This document shows positions 1 to 9,157 of a stretch of 64,000 bases of DNA, in pieces. How positions within the stretch are numbered: position 1 is the first letter of the stretch; every line of letters begins with the position of its first letter. The notes below the pieces were generated by a model. That model did no database searches. It was not told the origin of the DNA and worked only from the letters and a program-made list of their open reading frames with translations. A program made the position numbers and the translations under genes. The DNA comes from Flavobacteriales bacterium (GTDB lineage: Bacteria; Bacteroidota; Bacteroidia; Flavobacteriales; BACL11): positions 5,291 to 69,290 of the forward strand of contig JABGVU010000099.1 of NCBI GenBank assembly GCA_018645865.1. Direction: 5' to 3'.

Positions 1-1
1 T

Positions 2-451
2 TTATTGGCTTGTAAGGATTTTACGAATAAAGATTTTGCTCGTTTTCATCCTGGAGGAACATTGGGGAAAAGATTATATTTGAAATTAGCAGATATACTG
101 AATGAAAATAGTAATCCATCTGTTAATGCAGATGCAACTATCAATCAGGTAATAATTGAGATTTCTAAAAAACGATTAGGAGCAACAGCAGTGCTTCAAA
201 ATAACATATTAAAAGGTATTATTACAGATGGTGATTTGAGAAGAATGCTAGAGAAAGGAGATTCGTTTACTAACCTAACAGCTAATGATATTATGTGTGT
301 TAACCCTAAAACGATTGATATAAACACTTTAGCTTATGATGCTTTGCAATTAATGGAACAAAATAATATTAGTCAAATGATAGTGATGAATAATGCTAAT
401 TATGTTGGTGTCGTACATATTCATGAAATTATAAAAGAAGGAGTGATTTAA
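2..451 (+). CDS. kpsF: KpsF/GutQ family arabinose-5-phosphate isomerase, C-terminal part (5' truncated by window)
   Basis: DFARFHPGGTLGKRL motif followed by a CBS pair (GIITDGDLRR, YVGVVHIHEI); frame open from window start. Confidence 0.9.
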   Translation, partial: LLACKDFTNKDFARFHPGGTLGKRLYLKLADILNENSNPSVNADATINQVIIEISKKRLGATAVLQNNILKGIITDGDLRRMLEKGDSFTNLTANDIMCVNPKTIDINTLAYDALQLMEQNNISQMIVMNNANYVGVVHIHEIIKEGVI

Positions 452-1263
452 TGAAAGAGCAAGAAAAGGAAATGTCATTCTTAGATCATCTTGAAATTTT
501 TAGGTGGCACCTTATTCGTTCGGCAGGAGCAATTATATTTTTTGCTGTTATTGCTTTTATTTATAAGGAGATCGTTTTTGATCTGATTCTTTTAGGTCCT
601 AAAAAGCCTGACTTTCCTACTTATCGTGCTTTATGTGGCATCTCCAACTTTTTGGGATTAAATGATGCTCTTTGTATGAAAGATTCTCCCTTTACTTTAA
701 TGAACATAAGTATGAGTGGACAGTTTTCAACTCATATTACTACTTCTATTTTTGCAGGATTTATTGTTGCATTTCCTTATGTTTTTTGGGAATTATGGCG
801 TTTTATAAGTCCTGCACTTTACAATTCGGAAACAAAACTAGCAAGAGGAGTAGTATTTTTCAGTTCAGTATTGTTTGCGTTTGGAGTATTATTTGGCTAT
901 TATGTAATTGCACCACTTTCAGTGAATTTTTTAGGGTCTTACCAAGTAAGTGATATGGTTGGTAATAATATTAGTTTAACCTCATTTATTTCAACAGTCA
1001 CCACAGTTAGTTTGGCAAACGGTATTATTTTTGAATTACCAATTTTAGTGTATTTTTTAACAAAAATAGGTTTTTTAACTCCTGATTTCATGCGTGTTTA
1101 CCGTAAGCACGCTATGGTGGTTACCCTTATTTTATCTGCAATAATTACTCCTCCTGATATTACATCACAAATTCTGGTTTCTTTTCCGTTAATCATATTA
1201 TATGAACTAAGTATTAAAATTTCAGCTAGAGTTATTAAGAATCAAGAAAAGAAAAAAACATGA
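451..1263 (+). CDS. tatC: Twin-arginine translocase subunit TatC
   Basis: MSFLDHLE start, [15 protein letters not shown] and AIITPPD motifs; multi-TM. Confidence 0.96.
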   Translation: MKEQEKEMSFLDHLEIFRWHLIRSAGAIIFFAVIAFIYKEIVFDLILLGPKKPDFPTYRALCGISNFLGLNDALCMKDSPFTLMNISMSGQFSTHITTSIFAGFIVAFPYVFWELWRFISPALYNSETKLARGVVFFSSVLFAFGVLFGYYVIAPLSVNFLGSYQVSDMVGNNISLTSFISTVTTVSLANGIIFELPILVYFLTKIGFLTPDFMRVYRKHAMVVTLILSAIITPPDITSQILVSFPLIILYELSIKISARVIKNQEKKKT

Positions 1264-1985
1264 TTTTAAGAGCAGATAATATCATAAAGTATTATGGAAA
1301 AAAAGCGGTAGTTAAAGGCGTTTCTGTTGAGGTGCAGCAAGGCGAAATTGTTGGTCTTTTAGGGCCCAATGGTGCAGGAAAAACTACTTCTTTTTATATG
1401 ATGGTTGGTTTGGTAAAGCCCAATGAAGGGTATGTTTATTTAGATGATACTGACATTACCAAATTACCTATGTACAAGCGTGCTCAAATGGGAGTAGGGT
1501 ATTTATCCCAAGAAGCATCAGTATTTAGAAAAATGTCGGTTGAAGATAATATACTTTCTGTACTTGAAATGACAAAGCTTTCCAAAAACGAACAGCTTGA
1601 AAAATGTGAATCCTTATTGGATGAATTTAGTTTGCAGCATGTACGCAAGAATATGGGTGATTTACTTTCAGGAGGAGAGAGAAGAAGAACTGAAATTGCT
1701 AGATCTCTGGCAACTAATCCAAAGTTTATTTTGTTGGATGAGCCTTTTGCAGGCGTTGACCCTATTGCAGTTGAGGATATTCAGCAAATTGTTGCAAAAC
1801 TGAAAGATAAAAATATTGGGATATTAATTACCGACCATAATGTACATGAAACCTTAAAAATTACCGATAGAGCTTACTTGTTGTTTGAGGGAAATATTCT
1901 AAAACAAGGTACCGCTGAAGAATTAGCAGCTGACGAGCAGGTAAGAAAAGTGTACTTGGGTGAAAACTTTGAGCTTAGAAGATAA
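1260..1985 (+). CDS. lptB: LPS export ABC transporter ATP-binding protein
   Basis: Walker [54 protein letters not shown]. Confidence 0.96.
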   Translation: MILRADNIIKYYGKKAVVKGVSVEVQQGEIVGLLGPNGAGKTTSFYMMVGLVKPNEGYVYLDDTDITKLPMYKRAQMGVGYLSQEASVFRKMSVEDNILSVLEMTKLSKNEQLEKCESLLDEFSLQHVRKNMGDLLSGGERRRTEIARSLATNPKFILLDEPFAGVDPIAVEDIQQIVAKLKDKNIGILITDHNVHETLKITDRAYLLFEGNILKQGTAEELAADEQVRKVYLGENFELRR

Positions 1986-2040
1986 GGCAAGTCCGCCACA
2001 CTATTGAATTTTAGTCAATAGAGTTTTGATCTTCAGACAA

Positions 2041-2292
2041 CTAAACCTCAGTTAGTGTAAGTTCAAATGATTCCATAATTTGATTGCAGAGCATTTTTTT
2101 GCAAGCTTGTTCTACCTTTTCAGAAGCAATCTCTCTGCTACTAGCTTCAATTTCTAATGCAATGTGTTTGCCAATTCTTACATTTTCGATTTCTGCTAAA
2201 CCAACATTTCCCATACTAGCACTAACTGCTTTTCCTTGTGGGTCTAATAATGATTTAAGTGGCATTACATCTATTTCTGCTTTGAACTTCAT
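2041..2292 (-). CDS. purS: Phosphoribosylformylglycinamidine synthase subunit PurS
   Basis: 83 aa; LLDPQGKAV, VRIGK and LCNQIME match the PurS pattern. Confidence 0.92.
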   Translation of the reverse strand: MKFKAEIDVMPLKSLLDPQGKAVSASMGNVGLAEIENVRIGKHIALEIEASSREIASEKVEQACKKMLCNQIMESFELTLTEV

Positions 2293-2294
2293 AA

Positions 2295-3011
2295 TTATAG
2301 TATATTATTTAATAGTGATAAAATCAGATACAAAATTACAATAAAAGGGATAGCAGCAAACTGAATAACAAAGAATAATATTACAGTGCTTAAAATTAAT
2401 ATTATCCTAAATATATTTAACCTAGTATTCAGGTCTTCATTCTTACTGTATTTAAGAGAAAATAAAGGCATCTTAACAACAAGAAGTAAAGGAAAAACTA
2501 CTGAAATGATTGTTAGGAATTGTAGGTTGACAAACATTGGAAATTGATTATCAATAAGGGGTAATGCTGCAACAAAAATAGCGAGTGTTGGAGTAGGTAA
2601 GCCAATAAAAGAGGTGGTTTGTTTAGTGTCGATATTAAAGTTGGCTAATCTGTAAGCTGAAAAGATGGGGATAAGTAAAGCAAGTAATTCCGGAAAAAAT
2701 AGATTGTCATTAGTTGCAATTTTGAAAATTATATCATGGTTTAATTCGTACATGAAATGAAAAAGAATAAAACCAGGTGCTACTCCGAAAGCAACTATGT
2801 CTGCCATTGAATCCAATTGTTTCCCTAGCTTTCCGTGTACTTTTAAAAGGCGTGCTGCTAGTCCATCAAAAAAGTCGAAAAAAGCACTTGCAAAAATGTA
2901 AAGGGAAGCCAGTTTTAAATTCCCTTGAAAAGCAAAAATAATGGACAACAGACCACAGGTTAAATTGGCAAGGGTAATTATATTTGGGATATTTCTTTTT
3001 ATTGCATTCAT
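2295..3011 (-). CDS. pssA: CDP-diacylglycerol--serine O-phosphatidyltransferase (CDP-alcohol phosphatidyltransferase family)
   Basis: IPNIITLANL, DFFDGLAAR...GKQLDSMADIVAFGVAP, RLANFN, FIGLPTP. Confidence 0.9.
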   Translation of the reverse strand: MNAIKRNIPNIITLANLTCGLLSIIFAFQGNLKLASLYIFASAFFDFFDGLAARLLKVHGKLGKQLDSMADIVAFGVAPGFILFHFMYELNHDIIFKIATNDNLFFPELLALLIPIFSAYRLANFNIDTKQTTSFIGLPTPTLAIFVAALPLIDNQFPMFVNLQFLTIISVVFPLLLVVKMPLFSLKYSKNEDLNTRLNIFRIILILSTVILFFVIQFAAIPFIVILYLILSLLNNIL

Positions 3012-3016
3012 ATCAG

Positions 3017-3024
3017 CAAAAATA
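3017..3024 (-). promoter_or_regulatory. Bacteroidota sigma-A -7 box (TATTTTTG) for pssA-purS
   Basis: Matches TAnnTTTG; 5 nt before the pssA ATG. Confidence 0.6.
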
Positions 3025-3044
3025 TGATAATATTTGTAACCATT

Positions 3045-4583
3045 ATGAAAAAACTATTTGCAGCAGTATCTAGCGGATTATTATTGGCATTTTCTTGGCC
3101 GTCAATAGGTGTTTTCCCACTTATCTTTTTTGCTTTTCTTCCTCTGTTAATGTTAGAGGAAAGTTCTGAAAAAAGAAAATCTGTTTTTGGGTATGGATAT
3201 CTTGCTTTTTTTATTTTTAATCTAATCACAACCTACTGGGTGTGGCAAGCTACTGCTGTAGGTTCGGTTGTCGCCTTCTTGCTTAATTCTTTGTTAATGG
3301 CTTTTGCTTTTTATGTTTTTCATAAAATTAAAAAATCAATAAAACCAAGGTTGGGTTATTTGGGATTTATTGTGTGTTGGTTGTCTTTTGAATACCTGCA
3401 CCTGCATTGGGATTTGTCATGGCCATGGCTAACTCTTGGGAATGTTTTTGCTAATGTACCTAGTATTGTTCAGTGGTATGAATATACGGGTGTTTTGGGT
3501 GGTTCGCTTTGGGTGTTGTTAGTTAATATTTTGATATTTAAAGCTTGGACTACTGAATCAGATAAACAAAAATGGATTTCCCCTTTTCTGGTGTTGGTAG
3601 TTCCTGTATTAATTTCTTTTTATTTGGGTGCAATTAAGGATTTGATAATGGAAAAAAGTACACATGAAATTGTAATTGCACAACCTAATGTTGATCCTTA
3701 TATTGATAAATTTAATGTAGGCTATGATCAGCAGTTGGTTGATTTTATTGTCTTAGCAAAAACAAAATTAACCCAGAATACGACACTTTTAATTGGGCCT
3801 GAAACAGCATTGCAAGAAGAAATTTGGGAAAATAAATTAGAAGCTACTTATAGTGTCAGGGCGTTTAAGGAATTGCAAAAACAGTTTCCTAATTTGAATA
3901 TCTTAGTAGGAGCTTCTACTTATAAAATGTTTAGTCATGGAGAGCAAAAAACGACAACTACTCGCCAGATTAGAAATGAGCATGTTTATTATGACGCCTA
4001 TAATTCAGCTGTCTTTATTCCTGATTCTGGAGAGGTGCAAGTGTATCATAAAACCAAGTTGGTGCCTGGAGCTGAAAAAACTCCCTTCCCAAAGCTTTTA
4101 GATAAATTGGTTGGTATCATGTTGGATTTAGGTGGGACTTCCGGCTCTTTAGGAACTAAAAACAAAGTGCATCAGTTTGAAGTTAATGAAATGAGCATAC
4201 AGCCACTTATTTGTTATGAAAGTATTTATGGTGATTTGCAAAAAGGAAATACAAACCTGATAGCGATTATAACCAATGATGGTTGGTGGAAAAATACTGC
4301 AGGCTATAAGCAGCATTTTGAGTATGCTAGGCTTAGGGCGGTTGAGCAAAGAAGAATGATTGTTCGTTCAGCTAACACAGGAATTTCTGGTGTTATTTCT
4401 CCTTATGGTGAAGTGATTGAAAGTACAAACTGGGATGAAGCTATTTGTATTACTGCTAATATTAGTTTGAATAATGAAACTACTTTTTATAGTAAGTTTG
4501 GCGATTACATAGGAAGGCTCTCAGTTTTTATGGCCTTTATGCTGATGATTACTTCCTTTGTAAAAGGGAGGTTGAAGAAATAA
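3045..4583 (+). CDS. lnt: Apolipoprotein N-acyltransferase
   Basis: N-terminal TM block with WPWLTLGN; nitrilase triad GPETA / YHKTKLVP / ICYES; ITNDGWW; RSANTGIS. Start taken at ATG 3045 (alternative 3024). Confidence 0.95.
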   Translation: MKKLFAAVSSGLLLAFSWPSIGVFPLIFFAFLPLLMLEESSEKRKSVFGYGYLAFFIFNLITTYWVWQATAVGSVVAFLLNSLLMAFAFYVFHKIKKSIKPRLGYLGFIVCWLSFEYLHLHWDLSWPWLTLGNVFANVPSIVQWYEYTGVLGGSLWVLLVNILIFKAWTTESDKQKWISPFLVLVVPVLISFYLGAIKDLIMEKSTHEIVIAQPNVDPYIDKFNVGYDQQLVDFIVLAKTKLTQNTTLLIGPETALQEEIWENKLEATYSVRAFKELQKQFPNLNILVGASTYKMFSHGEQKTTTTRQIRNEHVYYDAYNSAVFIPDSGEVQVYHKTKLVPGAEKTPFPKLLDKLVGIMLDLGGTSGSLGTKNKVHQFEVNEMSIQPLICYESIYGDLQKGNTNLIAIITNDGWWKNTAGYKQHFEYARLRAVEQRRMIVRSANTGISGVISPYGEVIESTNWDEAICITANISLNNETTFYSKFGDYIGRLSVFMAFMLMITSFVKGRLKK

Positions 4584-4631
4584 AAAAACCACTTTTTACA
4601 GAATGGGTTTTGATTACTTTTTTAAAAAAAA

Positions 4632-4949
4632 TTACTCTTCAGTTGTTGTTTCTTCCTCATCTTCAGTTAAGTCAATATTGATTTCAATAAGGGTGTCAAC
4701 ATCACCTTCCATTTCAATATCCTCTAGCACAGTATCTACTATACTATCTACATCAAGATTTTCATCCTCTACTTGAATCTCTACTCTTATTTTTTTCTTT
4801 ACCTCTATTGCATCATCTTCAATTCCTATATTAAAGCCATTGTTTAGCGTGCAAGTACTTTCTTCACCACATTCACAATTAATAACAAATAAATAGCCTA
4901 ATAAAACAATAACGAGCCCCCATGTTAAGGGTTTTTCTAAATTTCCCAT
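4632..4949 (-). CDS. Hypothetical small acidic protein with N-terminal TM segment
   Basis: 105-aa ATG ORF filling the lnt-nadE gap; TM helix, CECxxxxxC, D/E-rich tail; TAACTTAG -7-like box upstream. Confidence 0.7.
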   Translation of the reverse strand: MGNLEKPLTWGLVIVLLGYLFVINCECGEESTCTLNNGFNIGIEDDAIEVKKKIRVEIQVEDENLDVDSIVDTVLEDIEMEGDVDTLIEINIDLTEDEEETTTEE

Positions 4950-4994
4950 GATCTTAATTTTTAGTTAGTATGGCGCTAAGTTAGTAAAAATAAA

Positions 4995-5768
4995 TTATTT
5001 AAGCGTATTTGGAATTTTGCAAACCGGTATGGCATGCATTTTATGTTGATTAGCTTTGTTCATTTTAGTGTAAATGTCAAGCACTTGTTTTTCTCTTGTT
5101 GTTAAGGCGTTTTTATCGCCACTAAAAGCCATTGCCCATTCTAGTTCCTGGTAGCTTGCGCCTATTTGATCTTCATCAGTTTTATCTTCTCCCCAAAGGC
5201 CGTCAGTAGGTGCAGCTTTTAGTATTTCAGTATCAATACCAAGCTCCTTCCCAAGCGTATATACTTCAGTTTTCAGTAAATCAGCAATTGGGCTAATATC
5301 TACTCCTCCATCACCATATTTGGTAAAGAAGCCAATTCCAAAATCCTCTACTTTATTTCCTGTACCTAGTACTAATGAGTTGTTGGCTTGTGCAAAATAA
5401 TAGAGGGTAGTCATTCTTAGCCTTGCTCTTGTGTTCACTAAAGCTAATTCATGTTTTTCTTCTCCTAAAGGAAGTAAACTTATAAAGCGATCAAAAACAG
5501 GAGTGAGTTCTAATTCCACTCTCCTCACATTTTCAAAATTCTCTTTTAACCAATCAATGTGTTTCAATCCTCTATCTACTTGTTTGTTGTTTTGATGTAT
5601 TGGCATTTCCACACAAAGTAAAGGTAATCCTGTTTTAGCTGCTAGCGTTGAGGTAATTGCAGAATCAATCCCACCAGAAATCCCAATCACAAATCCTTTA
5701 ACATGCGTGTTTTGGGCGTAATTAAGTAGCCAATCACTAATGTGATTTATTATTGCTGTAGTTTCCAT
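4995..5768 (-). CDS. nadE: NH3-dependent NAD+ synthetase
   Basis: SGGIDS, NTRARLRMTTLY, FFTKYGDGGVD, APTDGLW, DEDQIG; no glutaminase domain. Confidence 0.96.
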   Translation of the reverse strand: METTAIINHISDWLLNYAQNTHVKGFVIGISGGIDSAITSTLAAKTGLPLLCVEMPIHQNNKQVDRGLKHIDWLKENFENVRRVELELTPVFDRFISLLPLGEEKHELALVNTRARLRMTTLYYFAQANNSLVLGTGNKVEDFGIGFFTKYGDGGVDISPIADLLKTEVYTLGKELGIDTEILKAAPTDGLWGEDKTDEDQIGASYQELEWAMAFSGDKNALTTREKQVLDIYTKMNKANQHKMHAIPVCKIPNTLK

Positions 5769-5777
5769 AATTGTTTG

Positions 5778-5785
5778 CAAATGTA
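5778..5785 (-). promoter_or_regulatory. -7 box (TACATTTG) for nadE
   Basis: Exact TAnnTTTG, 9 nt before ATG 5768. Confidence 0.6.
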
Positions 5786-5809
5786 AAAGAAAACTTCTTA
5801 ATTTGCCAG

Positions 5810-6814
5810 ATGAAACCTATAGTCTTATTTCTTTCAGTTACCCTTGCTACTTTTTTGTTAGCGTCTTGGCTTTTCTCTCTTTCTTCTGATGCTGAAAAGC
5901 TAGATTTAAAAGTGAATAGATTTGAACAATCACTATTTGAAATAACTCCTGATAATGTGACTGAGCTATCTGCAAAGTGGGTAGATGATTTTGGTGCTTT
6001 TGATGAGGTGTTTGCTAGTCAGATTATGCAAAAAGGCAACCTAACGGATGAGCAGTATAATCAAGAGCTTGTTGTTTTTACTCAGCATAAAGATATGCGA
6101 GAAGCTTATGATAGTGTTGCTGTAATGTTTACTGATTTTTCGAATATTGAGCAGGAATTAGAATCTGCTTTTTGGCAATTTCATGATGACTTTCCTTCTT
6201 ACCCAATTCCTGAAATAACTACTTTTTTTGGAGGTTTTAATTATGGTGTTGTTACTTATGATGATAATATTGCTATTGGTTTGGAAAACTTTTTAGGACA
6301 AAATAGCAAGTACTATTCTTTACTAGGAGATCCAAGTTATTTACGTTTTCAAAAACAAAAAAAGTTTATTGCTTCTAATGTAATGGAGGTGTGGATAAAT
6401 GAATATTTTCAAGAATATTTAGGAGGGAGGGACTTGCTTTCTCAACTTATCTATAAAGGAAAAGTAATGTATTGTATTGATAAAATGCTGCCTAATCTTT
6501 CAATGGAGGATAAGTTTCGTTTTACGATTGAACAAATGGATTGGGTGGTAGAAAATGAAGCAAGTGTTTGGCAGTATATAGTGCATGAAGATTTATTGTT
6601 TTCCAAAGACGAACAACAATTCAGAACCTTTATAAATTACTCTCCTTTTGCAAAAGGAATGCCACCACAAGCTCCAGGCAGAGTAGCTTACTATATTGGT
6701 TATAAAATGGTAAATGAATACATGGGTAACAATGAAATTGATGTTGAGGAACTTATGTATTTGACAGATTCAAGAAAATTTTTACAACAATCAAAATATA
6801 AACCTACAAAATAG
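5810..6814 (+). CDS. gldB: Gliding motility protein GldB-like
   Basis: VNRFEQ, IGLENFLG, LLSQLIYKGK, APGRVAYYIGYKMV and C-terminal SKYKP; immediately upstream of gldC. Confidence 0.88.
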   Translation: MKPIVLFLSVTLATFLLASWLFSLSSDAEKLDLKVNRFEQSLFEITPDNVTELSAKWVDDFGAFDEVFASQIMQKGNLTDEQYNQELVVFTQHKDMREAYDSVAVMFTDFSNIEQELESAFWQFHDDFPSYPIPEITTFFGGFNYGVVTYDDNIAIGLENFLGQNSKYYSLLGDPSYLRFQKQKKFIASNVMEVWINEYFQEYLGGRDLLSQLIYKGKVMYCIDKMLPNLSMEDKFRFTIEQMDWVVENEASVWQYIVHEDLLFSKDEQQFRTFINYSPFAKGMPPQAPGRVAYYIGYKMVNEYMGNNEIDVEELMYLTDSRKFLQQSKYKPTK

Positions 6815-6818
6815 TATA

Positions 6819-7148
6819 ATGAAACAGACTTTAAAATTTGAACTTGAGTTAGACGACAATAATTTACCTCTAAATATCGAAATGCATGCAAGTGATGACG
6901 CTGCAAATGAGAAGGAAATCAAAGCTTTAATGGTGTCTGCTTGGGCGGCTAAAACTAAAGAGACTTTACGTATTGACCTTTGGACTAAGGATATGACTGT
7001 GAATGAAATGTTTATTATGTATCATCAAACTATGATGGGGATGGCAGTTACTTTGGAACGAGCAACAGGACATGATAAATTGGCAAGTGCTTTACGTGAT
7101 TATTGCGAGTTCTTTGCAGAACAAACGGAAATCAAAGGGACTAAATAA
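6819..7148 (+). CDS. gldC: Gliding motility protein GldC
   Basis: ELDDNNLP, ETLRIDLWTKDM, LERATG, LRDYCEFFAE. Confidence 0.93.
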   Translation: MKQTLKFELELDDNNLPLNIEMHASDDAANEKEIKALMVSAWAAKTKETLRIDLWTKDMTVNEMFIMYHQTMMGMAVTLERATGHDKLASALRDYCEFFAEQTEIKGTK

Positions 7149-7749
7149 TCTCTTTAAATTGAGGATTTAGGTTTTTAATAAAAGTGGAAATTTCAGTTGT
7201 TCCTATTTTCTTTTCGGCTGAGGTGATAAATATCTGAGGTAATTCATCCCAAGTTTTTTTCATTTCAACTTTATAAGAGCCAATATTTTTGGCAAGCTCT
7301 ACTTTTCCTAGTTTATCAGCTTTGGTAAAGACCATTACAAAAGCAATGCCTTTTTCGGCTAGCCAATGCATGAATTCCTGGTCAATTGCTTGCGGTTTAT
7401 GTCTAGCATCAATTAATACAAACAGACACATTAGGTTAGTTCTGTTAAGCAGATATTCACTTATCATATCATGAAATTCTGCTCGTATTGCTTTAGGAAC
7501 CTTCGCATATCCAAACCCTGGTAAATCGACTAAATACCATTCGTTATTGATGATGAAATGATTGATGAGCTGAGTTTTTCCTGGTCTTCTTGAAGTTTTA
7601 GCTAAATTCTTATGATTTACTAAAGCATTTATTAAAGATGATTTTCCAACATTAGACCTTCCAATAAAAGCATATTCTGCCATTCTGGGTGCAGGACATG
7701 TTTTGTAATCAGCATTACTAATTACAAATTCACCAGTTTTAATTTTCAT
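7141..7749 (-). CDS. engB: Ribosome biogenesis GTP-binding protein YihA/YsxC (EngB)
   Basis: GRSNVGKSSLIN, PGKTQLIN, DLPGFGYA, TKADK. Confidence 0.96.
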   Translation of the reverse strand: MKIKTGEFVISNADYKTCPAPRMAEYAFIGRSNVGKSSLINALVNHKNLAKTSRRPGKTQLINHFIINNEWYLVDLPGFGYAKVPKAIRAEFHDMISEYLLNRTNLMCLFVLIDARHKPQAIDQEFMHWLAEKGIAFVMVFTKADKLGKVELAKNIGSYKVEMKKTWDELPQIFITSAEKKIGTTEISTFIKNLNPQFKEII

Positions 7750-7755
7750 GATTAT

Positions 7756-8508
7756 TTAAAATTTATCGTTCAAGAATTTTAGTACGATTTTACTAAATTC
7801 TTCAGGGTGCTCCCACATAGCCGCATGCCCACACAATGGTATCCAATGTAGCTCAGAATTTGGTAATAATTCATGAAATTCTTCCGCAACATTCGGTGGA
7901 GTTACTTTATCGTGCTCTCCCCAAATTAAACAAACAGGTATCTTGAAATGAGGTAGGTCCTGCCCCATATTGTGTCTGATAGCTGATTTTGCATATCCTA
8001 ATAGTTTTAAAATTGACACACGATTATTTGCAATTTCAAATATTTTATCAACTAGTTCATCAGTTGCTACTTTTGGATCGTAGAATACTTCTTCTGTTTT
8101 TGTTCTTATATAATTTTTATCTCCTCTTCTTGGGAAAGAATCTCCCATTGCGTTTTCGTATAATCCCGAACTACCTGTAAGTACCAGACCACTCACCATC
8201 TCAGGGTGTTTTTTTGAAAAAATAAGAGCAATATGCCCTCCCATTGAATTTCCAAGTAATATTGCTGACGAAAGCCCAAGGTAATTCATAAATTCGTATA
8301 AATAATCACTTAAAGATTTGACAGAAACTTTAAGAATACTTCCTTCAAAAAGTTTAAGGTCCAATCCGTAAACTTTGTGTTCTTTAGAAATAAAATCAAC
8401 CATCTCACCAAAGTTCTCAATTCCACCCATCAAACCATGTAATAGTATGATAGGTTTTCCCTTATCTCCTTTTTCAAGCCATTTGAATTTTCCTTCTTCC
8501 TTAACCAT
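7756..8508 (-). CDS. Alpha/beta fold hydrolase
   Basis: LLHGLMG, nucleophile elbow GNSMGG, WGEHDKVTP, CGHAAMWE. Confidence 0.9.
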   Translation of the reverse strand: MVKEEGKFKWLEKGDKGKPIILLHGLMGGIENFGEMVDFISKEHKVYGLDLKLFEGSILKVSVKSLSDYLYEFMNYLGLSSAILLGNSMGGHIALIFSKKHPEMVSGLVLTGSSGLYENAMGDSFPRRGDKNYIRTKTEEVFYDPKVATDELVDKIFEIANNRVSILKLLGYAKSAIRHNMGQDLPHFKIPVCLIWGEHDKVTPPNVAEEFHELLPNSELHWIPLCGHAAMWEHPEEFSKIVLKFLNDKF

Positions 8509-8611
8509 ATGAGTTCTGATTTTAATTTACAAAGAAACAAAAATATTTGTTAACTATACTAACTAGAAAGAAGATAGAGTAAAAAGTTAGTGGATGGGTA
8601 AAGTTATCAAC

Positions 8612-8641
8612 AAAGTGGTATAGAGTGGGATAAAGTGGGAT
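8612..8641 (+). promoter_or_regulatory. MraZ operator: three GTGG boxes at 10-bp spacing
   Basis: AAAGTGGTAT AGAGTGGGAT AAAGTGGGAT directly upstream of mraZ; matches the known MraZ binding repeat architecture. Confidence 0.85.
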
Positions 8642-8680
8642 TTATACTTATATTAGCACCCGGATTCAAAGTTAATTAAA

Positions 8681-9157
8681 GTGATAAATGTAATAGGAAC
8701 ATACGAATGTAAAGCTGACGAGAAAGGGCGTGTGATGTTCCCTGCTGCCCTTAAAAAACAATTGAAAAATGTGATGAATGATGGCTTTGTGATTAAGAGG
8801 TCAGTTTTTAATAAGTGTTTAGAGATTCACCCCATGTCAGAATGGGAGAAAGTTGTGAATCAAGTAAACAAGTTGAATCGCTTTGTTAAAAAGAATAATG
8901 ATTTTATTAGATCCTACATGTCAGGATTAAAAGTAGTTGAGGTAGATGGTGCAGGTCGATTTTTAATTCCTAAGGATTTGTATGGATTTGCAGATTTGAA
9001 AAAGGAGTTAGTCTTGTCTTCTTCAGTAAATATGATAGAGATTTGGGATAAAGATAAATATGAGACTTCTGTAGCTGAAACACTAGTTAATTTTGGAAAT
9101 CTGGCTGAGGATGTGATGGGGAATCAGCCTCAAGATGATTCGGATGGAATATCATAA
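8681..9157 (+). CDS. mraZ: Division/cell wall cluster repressor MraZ
   Basis: GTG start; DEKGRV and DGAGRFLIP SpoVT/AbrB repeats; IEIWD. Confidence 0.95.
   Translation: MINVIGTYECKADEKGRVMFPAALKKQLKNVMNDGFVIKRSVFNKCLEIHPMSEWEKVVNQVNKLNRFVKKNNDFIRSYMSGLKVVEVDGAGRFLIPKDLYGFADLKKELVLSSSVNMIEIWDKDKYETSVAETLVNFGNLAEDVMGNQPQDDSDGIS

Noticed and set aside
2001..2021. CTATTGA-N7-TCAATAG hairpin between lptB and purS
   Set aside because: AT-rich 7-bp stem without a clear U tract; may be chance
4584..4631. Terminator between convergent lnt and the acidic ORF
   Set aside because: Stem (AAAACC...GGTTTT) is short and interrupted; plausible but too weak to call
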